DNA from: Chara braunii
Taxonomy: Eukaryota > Plantae > Charophyceae
Assembly (NCBI GenBank): GCA_003427395.1
Contig: BFEA01000008.1
Coordinates: 3,528,740-3,573,478 of the forward strand
Reading direction: 5' to 3'
Length of the DNA: 44,739 nt
The translations under genes were made by a program, and so were the position numbers. Positions 1-11,332 of the stretch are shown piece after piece. Below the pieces are notes generated by a model that worked only from the letters and a program-made list of their open reading frames with translations, was not told the DNA's origin and searched no databases. The first letter of the stretch is position 1. Each line of letters begins with the position of its first letter.

Positions 1-1040
1 TCTGTCGCAAGGGTGTATAAGGCGGTAGGCATCAGAAAATCCCGAGTTTTGAACAAAAGTGGAAAGCATCACTGAGTCACGGGACAACGGTCCCATACGA
101 GGGGAATCAGTTCCTGGGAGCATCGTTGTATTCCAATCCCCCCCCAGGACCAAACGGTCCACGTCCGGCAAAAGCCATGGTAGGGAGCGAAAAAGCTCCA
201 GGCGGGGTGGCTGCGTCGCCGGGGCATAGATATTAAAAACAACCCATTCCTCAGAACCGACAGTGAATCGTACCCATAGCCATTTTCCATTATGGTCCCA
301 GTTATAGTCTGTAATCTCGTACGGGAAGGTGGTAGCAAACAAAATTGCAACTCCTCCCCACGTTCCTTGTGCAGGAGCCCAAAGGTCGAAGCCTGGCCAC
401 CATCCCCGTTGTTCCTCAATGGCGGAAGCGTCTAATTTGGTTTCCTGCAACAGGGCAATCTGGGCACCCTTATTCCTCATAAGGGTCTTAATGAGGGATC
501 TCTTAGCGGCAACTTTGCGAGATCCCAGACCCCGAACATTCCAACTCTGCGAGATCCCAAACCCCGAACATTCCATGAGACGAATCGTATTTTGTCTAGC
601 ATGATGGTATATCTTCCCACGGGTGACACTAGAGCTGGAGAAAGTGTGCAGAAAAGATGCTCTTGTGCCATGGGATGTGTTCCTCCAACTGTGCCAATAG
701 ACTAGTCGACCAACAGTCATAGATCTTAGTCCCAACTGCCATTTGTCCTGCAGGGTTCTTCAGCAATTCTAGCGGGATCCAGCGGAGCCCCGGAAGCGGG
801 GCCTCGCCTCCCGCCGCCGGGTTCACAATCGCGTCAATAATTGGAAAAAACAGAATATTGGTCCTCCCTGCGTCATTAGTTGGCGTAAGGTGGACCCAGT
901 CCATATCAGGAAAGAACCTCGTTTTGTAGGCCGGGGCCTGGGGTTTCGAACAGAGTTTGATTCAAAATTGCTCTCCTGGTCTCTGTCCCGCGGAGAACTT
1001 GAGGAGAGAAGACTTCCGATTTTAGCAGATGACATGGTCT
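1..1040 (-). mobile_element. LINE-A: L1/Tx1-type fragment (ORF1 C-terminus plus start of ORF2 AP endonuclease), continues past window start
   Basis: ORF2 starts near 602 with MLDKIRFVSWNVRGLG. My translation continues through LLQETK, NIYAP, GGDWN and DAYR APE motifs. A 32-bp tandem duplication (517-575) frameshifts it. Upstream RFFPDM..FFPIIDA..GLRWIPL matches the LINE-C ORF1 C-terminus. Confidence 0.9.
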
Positions 1041-1042
1041 CT

Positions 1043-1430
1043 TTTTCCTTTTTTTTTTTTTTTTTTGAGAAGTCATGACTTTATATTCACAAAATTGTGG
1101 TCGAGGCCGGGGTCCTCCCTCAAAAAATAACCAGGGCGGAGGTCCCATTGGAAAAGAGGATAGGATAGAACGCCTGAATCTGGACGTGCTGGTGCAAAGG
1201 GGGGGTGCAAAAAGTCGAGATTGAACTACTTTTTCTGCATCTCTGCTTAAAACACGTCCAGATTCAGGAGCTTAATCAAATCCTCTTTGCTAGTGGGACC
1301 TTGCGTCCAGGAACCATGCTGGAAACCGGGTCCAGCGTCCCAAGACCACACTTCAGTCAATCAAATGAAAAAACTTCTCACAAATTTAACCTTGAAGCTC
1401 AGTAAAAAACTGGCCGAAGCTATAGATCTA
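1043..1430 (-). mobile_element. Isolated retroelement 3' tail with poly(A), interrupting LINE-A ORF1
   Basis: Poly-T at 1043-1066, GAGGCCGGGGTCCTC stem-loop near 1103, and the shared tail motif GCTGGAAACCGGGTCCAGCGTCCC at 1318-1341. Confidence 0.6.
1135..1307. mobile_element. Diverged PIF/Harbinger-like palindromic MITE
   Basis: Inverted termini GGTCCCAttgg/ctagTGGGACC. The internal inverted repeat CCTGAATCTGGACGTG/CACGTCCAGATTCAGG is shared with the 164-bp MITE. CAG lies on both flanks. Confidence 0.7.
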
Positions 1431-1457
1431 TCTTAGGGACATCCGCTAAAATTTGAA
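1431..1457 (+). ncRNA. U6 snRNA 5' portion running into an assembly gap (gene or pseudogene)
   Basis: GGGACATCCGCTAAAATTTGAA matches plant U6 GGGACATCCGATAAAATTGGAA at 20/22 nt (U6 sequence from memory). Confidence 0.55.
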
Positions 1458-1752
1458 NNNNNNNNNNNNNNNNNNNNNNNNNNNNNNNNNNNNNNNNNNN
1501 NNNNNNNNNNNNNNNNNNNNNNNNNNNNNNNNNNNNNNNNNNNNNNNNNNNNNNNNNNNNNNNNNNNNNNNNNNNNNNNNNNNNNNNNNNNNNNNNNNNN
1601 NNNNNNNNNNNNNNNNNNNNNNNNNNNNNNNNNNNNNNNNNNNNNNNNNNNNNNNNNNNNNNNNGGAACGGGGCCCAATGACCAATACGATTTTTTTTAT
1701 TATTTTTATTTTTTGAGGTTACCTACAAAAGAGAAAAAAAGGTATGGAACTC

Positions 1753-1910
1753 TTTTTTTTTTTTTTTTTTCCCAAAGTGCGAGTGTTTCATTACAAAGCC
1801 AAGGACAGGGGCCCGGGAATACACCCCACAAAACAACCCGGTACATTGACATGCTCGGGCCATTACCCAGCTTTAGGCTACTGGAAACCGGGTCCAGTGT
1901 CCCTTAACTT
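1753..1910 (-). mobile_element. Second isolated retroelement 3' tail with poly(A)
   Basis: Poly-T at 1753-1770 and tail motif CTGGAAACCGGGTCCAGTGTCCC at 1881-1903. The 5' extent is not determined. Confidence 0.55.
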
Positions 1911-2922
1911 CCAAAAAGAAAAATTAATTCATAACGGAAGAGCGAGGCAGGATAGGCTAATTCCTCTGAATGCTTCATTCCCATTCAACTCAGTACTACC
2001 ACATTGTCTGCACCAGGCAGCTCTTCTGGGAGAACCAAATGAGATCTATCCTCGATCCCTTCGCTAAGTATTTTAACCGTAAAACTCGTGGCCTACACTC
2101 GCCCTCGAATCTCCATTATGTCTCATTAACATAGCCATTTAGAGACTTGCAATTTCCCTTGGGGGCTAGTTGAGGCCAGGAAGTCTTTTTCAGAAAATCC
2201 TAAACCAGAAAAGGTGAAGACTGCTCATGTTCAAACTTACTACCAAAACAAAAACGAAATCCTATTTACTTCGCCACCAACTCTGAAAACCTAACCTAAA
2301 ACCCAATCGGTAGGCCAGACAGAAAACAAATACATGCCAAAATGTAACGAAAACAAGCCATGAAACAAGAGATGAGAAGGACCACTACGAAGCTCGAGTT
2401 GAAAAAGCCTATGACGAAGGGCATTGTGGAACGGTGTTGGGCAAGAAACCCTTGAGGAGGCTGAAGCAAGAAAACAGCGAAAGGACGGTCAGTTGATGCG
2501 TTAGCAGTGCGCTAAAGTGGAGGCGGCGGAGGTGAAGGGCCGCGGCACCCGGTCCGTGCTTCAGCACGGACCGGTGGTACGGGAATACCGTGATGGCGAG
2601 GGGATTGACGTCGTCTTCGGCACTTTCGAGGAAATCTTTTTGGCGGCTTTTTGTATGGGCTATATTTAGGAGCTCAAGGAACTTAGCGTCAATCAGATCC
2701 TGCCTGCTGCTTCAGTGGAAGGAGGGAGCAGTATTGAAAGCTTTCACCTCCTCAGCAGAAACGACGTGGCTCTGGAAGCTATTGACCTGCGGGAGGCACA
2801 GGGCTGACTTCCCTGACAGAAGTAGAGGAAGGATGCTTTGGTGGTAAGGTTCGGACACTCCATCGAAGACGCTTACTAAGGGCGACAGGTATAGCCTTGT
2901 ACACGGTGGCCTTATTTATTGG

Positions 2923-5510
2923 ATGCCTCAGATAATACGATATATATTAGTAGTATTATTAGGTTTATTTTTGCTGTGGGAAAATAAGGGGATGACCCGT
3001 GAGTCAATGATGGCGAGCTCATCGTCTGCAGCGGACACCAATGAAATAATCAATCCGCTCACTGACGAGGGAAAAGAGAGAATTAGGAAATTACTCTCGA
3101 AGTGTTTTAATGAAGGGATTTTACCGAATAGGATATCACCGGGTCTCGTGGAAACAGGGGATGATTTCGTGAAAGTGACGGTGGACCAAAACGTGTATGA
3201 AGTTCAATCTGATTGGCTGACAGAGCATGCTATTTCAATATTTTTTAACGATGAAGCGTCAAACCTCCCCATGGACGTTGAAAACAGGCTAGTCAGGACA
3301 TATGAAAATGCATGGGCTTCCACCAATACACCACAGGCACCGCCGATCAGAGGTGCCTTCTGCAATGAAGGAAAGAATTTGGCCACGTATGTGGCCTCAT
3401 CGAAACAAGTGGCGGATTGGATGTTAAGGAAGGGGAGGGATGAGGTGAGGTTAGATAATCGTACCTTCATTCTGACCTTCAGCCCTTGGATGAACGTCCA
3501 TCAGTTGCAGGAATGGAAAGACGCCATGCGTCAAATTTTTTTTTGGATCCGCTGTATGGAAGTTCCGGTGTCTATTTTGGGACTGTTAAAAGGAGTGGTT
3601 GAAGATGCTTTCGGTCCTATAATCAAAGACTTCCCAGGCTATAAGGAACCATTAGAACCAGATTTGAGAAACGTACGTTTTGACCTAGCCCCATCTGCGA
3701 AGTTGAAGTACAAGAAGTGCTTACAGATTGATTTAAAGGAAAACGGACTGGTCAAAGTTGATGTCGTCTGTGCTGAAACCTCATGGTGTTCAGTTTGCAA
3801 ACGTCACTTTCATAAGGAAACCGATACGGATTGCCCAGCGAAGCAAAAACAGAAGAGTGACGGGGCTCCGAAACAAGGGGGGGAAGGGGAGAAGAGAGGG
3901 GAGAGAGAATGGACATGGGTGGAGGTGATTAAGGGAAAATCGAAGAAAGGGAAACCGACTGTGAAAAATCCGAACCAGGAGGAGGCAGCCAGAAAGAAGA
4001 GGGAAGGGAAAAGAAAAGGATGGAAGCTAAGAGGAGAGAAGAAGAGAGGAAAAGAGAGGAGGAGAAACGAAAAGAGAAGGAAAAACTGAGGGAGGAAAGA
4101 CTGAGGGAGGAGGAAAGGGTTCGGCGGGAGGCTAAGGAAAGGGAAGAGGAGGCAAGGAAGGTGGCTGAAAGGGAAAGAGAGGAGGAAGTGAGAAAGGAGC
4201 AGGAGTTGAAGAGAGAAAGTGAACGAAAAGAGGAGGAAGCAGAAAAGTTGGAAAGAGAAAGAGACATACGTGGGGAAGAGGAAGGGAATTTGGTTCAGGA
4301 GCAAAAGAAGTCGGACATGGACTGGGAAGAGGCTCATAAGGCCAACTCCAGTGAGGAAATCCAGAAAGAGGGTGGGCAGCAGGATGGAAGTAAGGGAACG
4401 GGTTGGCAGCCTAGCAAGTTCATAGACGTTCCATTCGCTGAACCTTTTGTCTTCCATTATCCGAAAGAGAAACCAAACAAAGCAAAGGAGAAGGAGGTCC
4501 AGGCTAAGCCAACTAACCCCCCCCAGGGTAAGGAGGAAGATGTAGAATCGACGTGGGATCCCTCACCATACAGGGAGGAGGGGGACCACGATTCTGAGGG
4601 ATACCTCACGGAGGAGGAGGGAAAGGAAGAAGGTGGGGGATTATTGGAGGAGGACCTGGACTTCGCTATTCCAAGATTGCTTTTTAAAGAAGGGGATATA
4701 TTTAATAACGGACAATCCACTCCATGCAAAAAGGCCAGGGTAGGAGATAACACGGCAGTATCCACAATGGATGAGCAGAGGGAAGGGAATGCTTGTATGG
4801 ACAAAGCTGAAATAATGGCTTCCTAAAAAAAACGAGGTAAGTCAGGATCATCAGCAAAAATAAACCTCCTTTTCGCTGCTCCCATGGTTACCCTTGGCAG
4901 ACTTGATAAAGAAAAGATCGATATTAAAGAATATGGTATCCCGCTCATCTGCTTAGATACCCTGCACGGTCCGCTCGTTATGCTGCAACGCTCGGATACG
5001 GACTTTTTGAGTCTGCCGGCGGTTGTCATGTCAAAGGATGCAGGACAAGAACAGTTGTTGAAGTTGGTTGAAGAAAAAATCCTGAATGGTACAGCTACAT
5101 GTGCACCAATCCCATCGTTAAAAATGGGCAGGCACATAGTGTCTCTTCCGGGACAACGAAAGACATTGTTACACATTGTGTTCTTGGGTATAAAATCGGC
5201 GAGTAAAGAGTTCGTAGAGTGGTGTAAGGGGAGGATGCTTTGGTATCCCCTCCAGGCTTTCACCACTCCAAATAGGGAAGCCCTGGAGTCCATTCAGTTG
5301 ATGCGAGACCATACGGCGACAATGATATATGACTGGTTGGTAAGGACTGACCTTCCTCCTATGGCTGCTGGCCAGCACTTTCGTTCTCTGATTGGTCTAA
5401 CATGACTTCCCCAGAAAATTCAATCGGTAATCTTGAACAATATCATTCAAAGCCCTTCTGGAAGGAAGTCGCTCAGTGCTCAGAATGACCCAGACAATGA
5501 ATCTACCGAA
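2923..5510 (+). pseudogene. LINE-B ORF1 (RRM-like N-terminus, CCHC knuckle, E/K/R-rich helix, C-terminal globular domain), frameshifted
   Basis: ORFs 2923-4089, 4020-4826 and 4884-5405. CSVCKRHFHKETDTDC knuckle. LLSKCFNEGI..LVRTYENAW aligns with LINE-C LLSKCYDEGI..LVRAYENGW. Confidence 0.85.
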
Positions 5511-8500
5511 TAGAATTTGAATCGCAAGTTGGAATGTCAAAGGCTTGTGTGACACTTCCTACCGAAATAAAAGGCAAATAATTCTCTCTTGGGTTCATTC
5601 AAACTCGGTACAGATCTTATGTCTACAAAAAACAAAAATGAATGCAGATAAGATTTTAGCAGCTAGCAATTGGTGGAGGGGGCCCCAATTTTGGGCACCC
5701 GCAGAGGAAACCAGGGGGGGTACAGCGGTTTTAATTCATCAGGATGTGGAATGTACTATTCAAGACCGGTATAACGATCCTCCAGGCCGTCTGGTGTGGG
5801 TAAAACTGGCGATCCATGAAGAGGATTGGGCGGTGATGTCGGTGTATGCCCCGACGGATGTAACAGCAAGGACTGAATTCCTTGCCTCCCTACCTGCCTT
5901 TATCTCGGATACGGAGAATTTGGTAATCTTGGGGGATTGGAATACTATTCTTAACCCAGGATTTGACTCCCCAAGGGCCACCCCTTTGAGAGCAGATTCC
6001 TCATTGCTAATGTCCTTTTTCCAGTCACAGGTCTTAATAGACACTTATAGAACACTAAACCTAGAGGAACATGGATACACTTGGCACGGCCTCAGACACA
6101 CCCCTCGCTCCCCCATTCCAAGGAGGAGATTGGATTACATAGTGGCGAGGGGAGTGCTATAGGATAGATGCAGCTCCTCAGAATATAAAATATCTTACCT
6201 TTCAAACCATTACCCCATTTTTATGGACGTAATTATTAAAGATTTGGTAACCCGGGTAAGACCCCCCTTCAGATTGAATATCAATAACCTGAAAGACAAG
6301 GGAATACCGGCTTGGGTATCAGATCAGATGGAGAAGTGGCTCAAGGTGAAGGATTTATTTGATAATGAGGACACATGGGCAGAGATTGGACTGAACATTA
6401 TCCGTTTCGCCTTGATAGAATTTTCCCGTTTAAAAGCAGCCTACAGAAACTGGGAGGAAGTGAAACTCCGTAGTACTATAGAGGAAGCGGAGGCAAAGAT
6501 GGACACCGGCCCCTTTTCTTACTACTATTGGACAGAAAGGAGAAAGGAAGCTCTGATTCAACTGGAAAAGGTAGAAACACAGAAACAAACGGAATGGTTG
6601 GAATGACTTAAATTGAGAGGAATTATTGGGTATGACAAAATGACTAGAATAACTTTCTGGTCACTTATACTCAGACAAACCAAACCCCTGATAAGGGAGT
6701 TGTCCCACCCCTTTGCATTAAACTGCCCTACAGCGACAGAGACGTCTGATTTATGCCAGTATGCCCTATATTATTTTAGGGACATAGTTTCGACGCGGCG
6801 TCCTTTCGATGAGTTCGACTCAGACCTGTCAGAGGTTTCAGACTTCTGGAACAAATCACAAGTTCACATCCAAGGATTCATTAGGACCCACTGGATGCCC
6901 CTCTAACTGAAAGGGAATTACACAGAGCAGTCAAGAGGATGGCGAAGGGGAAATGTCCCGGGTTGGACGGGCTGCCACTAGAACTATTCTTGTGTTCATG
7001 GGAGGCGTTCTCGCCCTTTTTGTGTCAAGTTTACAACAAAGCCCTTACTACAGGTTCTTTGCCTAAAAGTTAAGTGAAAGGGGTGATTTCACTACTGTAT
7101 AAAAAGGGGGACAAGAAAGATGTTAGGAATTATAGGTCAATATCAGTTCTAAATGTGGTATATAAAATCCTGGCGAAAGTCTTGGCTCTCAGACTGGCGG
7201 ACGTGCTCCCCGAATTAGTGGGCTGGGAACAGGGCGCGTTTGTAAAGGGAAGATCAATTTTTGAGAATATTTTGACGACGGTACAGGCCCTGGAGATAAT
7301 AAGCAAAGAAAAAAAAAAAGTGGTGGTCCTACTTTTAGACATGGAAAAAACCTACGACAAAGTGGGTTGGGCCTTTGTCCATACCACATTGGTTAAAATG
7401 GGATTCAGCACGGGCTTTTGTACCTGGGTGAAGGCAATGTACTCCCAGGCCTTCTCAATAGTGATGGTAAATGGGAAGCTGTCTGAGGATTTTCAGTTGA
7501 CCCGATCTCTTCGACAGGGGTGTCCACTAGCCCCGCTTCTTTTTGTGCTACAACTAGAAATTCTTCTGGATAATATTAGATTTAATCCTAAGATAACAGG
7601 CCTATCTCTAAACCCCACGTTAGAATGGAAGGGGGGGGCGTTGGCAGATGATTTGATTGTGGCTTGTGAGAATAAGAAATCAACACTGATTGAATTAAAG
7701 AATGTAATAGATAGCTATTGTGTATTATCTGAGGCATCTATAAATTGGAAAAAAATTGTGTACTTCTTGCCTGATATTTATATTTTGAAAGTGGATTGGG
7801 GTTTGCGTCAGATCCCGACTAAAAACTCAGAGCGCTTTCTGGGAGTTCAAGTATCTTTGGCAGATTGTTCGGCAGCACAAGACAATCTTTTGGCAGACAA
7901 GGTTATATCGAGAATCCACAAGTGGCAACGCAACCATAAGCTCTCTCTAATGGGAAAAGCCTTGGTAGTGTCGGCTGCGGGACTTTCTCAGTTATGGTTC
8001 CCCCTCTCGATTAGAAAACTGGGAGACACTGCATACACGCAGATCAAAAGATGCGCAGCCAAATACATATGGAAACCAGATGCAGACAAGGGGGAAGGAT
8101 TCCTCACGAAGGTGGCATGGAAAACGATAGCGCTTCCACGAAAACAAGGGGGATTGGGAATCCTAGACCCCCGTCAGCAAAACGAGGCCTTGCTGGCCAA
8201 ATGGCCAGTAAAAGCAATGTTTGATAACCCTTCAAAACTTTGGATCAGATTAGCGGAGTACATACTGGGCAAAGAGTGGGATATGGCTGATGGGAGGGAT
8301 GTCTGACTTTGTCTTCTTCTTCCCTCATTCGCCAACAAAAGGCCCCAATCCCGAGTCTGGACGGATATGCTTCAGGCCTGGCATAAGTTGCTACCGTGTA
8401 CCTTCAACCGCCCGACATCAAAAATGGAAATACTGAATCAATTGTTATTTGAGAATAACTTCATACTCCAGGAGAACGGTGAGCCTTTTGGGCTTAAGAA

Positions 8501-9709
8501 TGGACCAGGATGCTTTCGAAGATTCAAGATCCAGAGGGGGGTATTAAAGGTCAAGCATATATGGGATGAGGAGAGAGAGGATTGGAAGACTGAAGAAGAA
8601 TTGCGAAGGAAACTCCCACGACTCAGAAATCGGGGAAGGAATTTGGAAAGTGTTCAAAAGGCAATCCCAAAGGATTGGTGTCGCTTGATTATGAAGGACG
8701 CAGAGCACGGGGTAGATACCCGGGTATATTCAGAAAATGACTCAGCAGTACTTTGGAGGATATTGGGTCCACATTTGAAGGAGGGTATGCTGGTCTAGGA
8801 ATGGAGGATCTCACAACAGTCACATAGAGACTACAATGAAGGAAGGACCTTAGTCTGCCTATTAGATAGGAGGGTGAAAACAACGAAAGATCTTCAGGAA
8901 GCAAGGGTCTGGTTGGGAAGAGATGCCAAACAGGCGAGATTGTTGGGAAAAGCCGAACTTTTTAGATTGGAACCGATGGCGAAAAGGTTGGAACCGCCCG
9001 ACCAAGAGCTCGTTCCGCTGGTAGCATATAAGACAAGAACAGGGACAAGATGCCTGCAATCTGCGGTTAAGACCCTTCCGTCTCACTTAGCCAATAGAAG
9101 ATTGGAGAAAGCAAAGAATGGATTGACTAGGGGACTGGATTGGACTCCGTTTTGGCAGGCTCTGCTCTTGTTACCTTCTCTAAAAATGGCGAACCTATTA
9201 TGGCTCCAAGCCTTAATGGTGATTGCTTCGGCGTTGTGGTTGGCACAAAGGGGAATGGAGATTCCCATTATGTGCAGCAGGTGCAATTGGGGTTGGGAAT
9301 CCAATGCCCATTTGTGGAGATCGTGCCCACTGGCATCAGAAATGTGGATCTGGTGGATCCACCATTGGAACTTGATTACAGGACCGTCATGGCCTTGGAC
9401 AGAGGATTGGCTACTGTATGGCATTCCCCCAGTACCAATTTCCTCACTGAGGGATGGGTGGGGGTATGTCGCTTTTGTCTGCAGAGGAGTGATGTTTCAG
9501 GAAATTTGGAGAGCCAGAAATGCGACCGTTTTTTGTAAGCTCGCCATTTCAGTCCAAGAACAACAACAGCAGGTGCGAGTTAATATTCGCAGAATGATAC
9601 AGGTGGACTGGCAAACTGCCTTTAGCAGTAAGAAGAAGGGGTATATCTGGTTTCTGAGGACGTGGGCACGGGGAAACCAACTGGCAGCAGTTACCAAGGA
9701 GAAAAAGGT
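5485..9709 (+). pseudogene. LINE-B ORF2: AP endonuclease, reverse transcriptase, C-terminal zinc finger
   Basis: SWNVKGL, VYAP, LGDWN, RLDY; PGLDG, LLYKKGD, NYRSIS, LRQGCPLAPLLF, ALADD, RFLGV; CSRC..ESNAHLWRSC. Several stops and frameshifts. Confidence 0.95.
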
Positions 9710-11162
9710 NNNNNNNNNNNNNNNNNNNNNNNNNNNNNNNNNNNNNNNNNNNNNNNNNNNNNNNNNNNNNNNNNNNNNNNNNNNNNNNNNNNNNNNNNNN
9801 NNNNNNNNNNNNNNNNNNNNNNNNNNNNNNNNNNNNNNNNNNNNNNNNNNNNNNNNNNNNNNNNNNNNNNNNNNNNNNNNNNNNNNNNNNNNNNNNNNNN
9901 NNNNNNNNNNNNNNNNNNNNNNNNNNNNNNNNNNNNNNNNNNNNNNNNNNNNNNNNNNNNNNNNNNNNNNNNNNNNNNNNNNNNNNNNNNNNNNNNNNNN
10001 NNNNNNNNNNNNNNNNNNNNNNNNNNNNNNNNNNNNNNNNNNNNNNNNNNNNNNNNNNNNNNNNNNNNNNNNNNNNNNNNNNNNNNNNNNNNNNNNNNNN
10101 NNNNNNNNNNNNNNNNNNNNNNNNNNNNNNNNNNNNNNNNNNNNNNNNNNNNNNNNNNNNNNNNNNNNNNNNNNNNNNNNNNNNNNNNNNNNNNNNNNNN
10201 NNNNNNNNNNNNNNNNNNNNNNNNNNNNNNNNNNNNNNNNNNNNNNNNNNNNNNNNNNNNNNNNNNNNNNNNNNNNNNNNNNNNNNNNNNNNNNNNNNNN
10301 NNNNNNNNNNNNNNNNNNNNNNNNNNNNNNNNNNNNNNNNNNNNNNNNNNNNNNNNNNNNNNNNNNNNNNNNNNNNNNNNNNNNNNNNNNNNNNNNNNNN
10401 NNNNNNNNNNNNNNNNNNNNNNNNNNNNNNNNNNNNNNNNNNNNNNNNNNNNNNNNNNNNNNNNNNNNNNNNNNNNNNNNNNNNNNNNNNNNNNNNNNNN
10501 NNNNNNNNNNNNNNNNNNNNNNNNNNNNNNNNNNNNNCTTTTGTCGTCTTGTTGTCACACTCTTTTCTTTTGTCGTCTGCAAAAAAAAAAAGAAAAAAAG
10601 GATGACCGTCTTCTTCCATCAATCATCATGGCGGTTTCAAGTTTCAACACGCTCGCTCTCCCCCTCCACCCCGGCGCGGCGGTGCCACCCCCGCCTTCCC
10701 CTCCTCCCCCCAGCCTACAAACCTTCTTTATCCTCTCTCCCTGCATCCTGCTTCCCTTTATATCTATCCGACTGCCATGTGGCGCTTCACTCTATGCCTC
10801 CAATTTTTTTTTTTTTTTCTTTTTTCCAATTCAGAATCTCCCCTCGCGGCGCTTGTCCACCTCTAATAATGGAAAAAATCCCACCACCTGTTCCACGTGC
10901 CCAACGTTGCCTTAGACCTTTGACCGACAGACAGATTATCTGTTGAAGCAGATGTCCCTGCTGGAGCTTGACTCAGTGGCTCGTCCCGTACTCACACGAG
11001 CACCATCGTAAATGTATCTGACCGCATTCAATGCCAGGCGTGGATGTACCTGGCCGCATTTACGTCGAAAAATAAGTAAGAAGAAAGGTCCTAGTGTGAG
11101 TTTTCCTCGAAGAAGTTCGGGCTCCACCGCACATATTATTACTGCTTTTGTGGTTGACAGTG

Positions 11163-11332
11163 GGCATCGCCACACGGCAAAACAAAAGAAAAAACGAAAC
11201 GAGTGCATCTGCCCACAGACAATGGTCAGGTTCATCGGTTTGTTATAAACAGTAATGACGAGTGTATCTCGCCACCTTTCCTGGCCAGATGCACTCGTCT
11301 CGTTTTTGTTTCGTGTGCCGTGTGGCGATGCC
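11163..11332. mobile_element. 170-bp MITE, PIF/Harbinger-like
   Basis: Perfect 17-bp TIR GGCATCGCCACACGGCA, inner inverted repeat ACGAGTGCATCTG/CAGATGCACTCGT, flanks GTG/GCG. Confidence 0.75.

Larger units (their letters stand above)
2520..9709 (+). mobile_element. LINE-B: near full-length L1/Tx1-type retrotransposon, degenerate, 3' end in gap
   Basis: ORF1 followed by APE-RT-zinc finger ORF2. The 5' boundary is approximate. Confidence 0.93.

Noticed and set aside
2923-2985. Signal peptide or TM segment at the LINE-B ORF1 N-terminus
   Set aside because: Homology with LINE-C ORF1 starts downstream (MMASSS..), so the extension is probably 5' UTR.
9497-10946. Long ORFs spanning N runs (also at 1433, 17291 and 32166)
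   Set aside because: Artefacts of assembly gaps.
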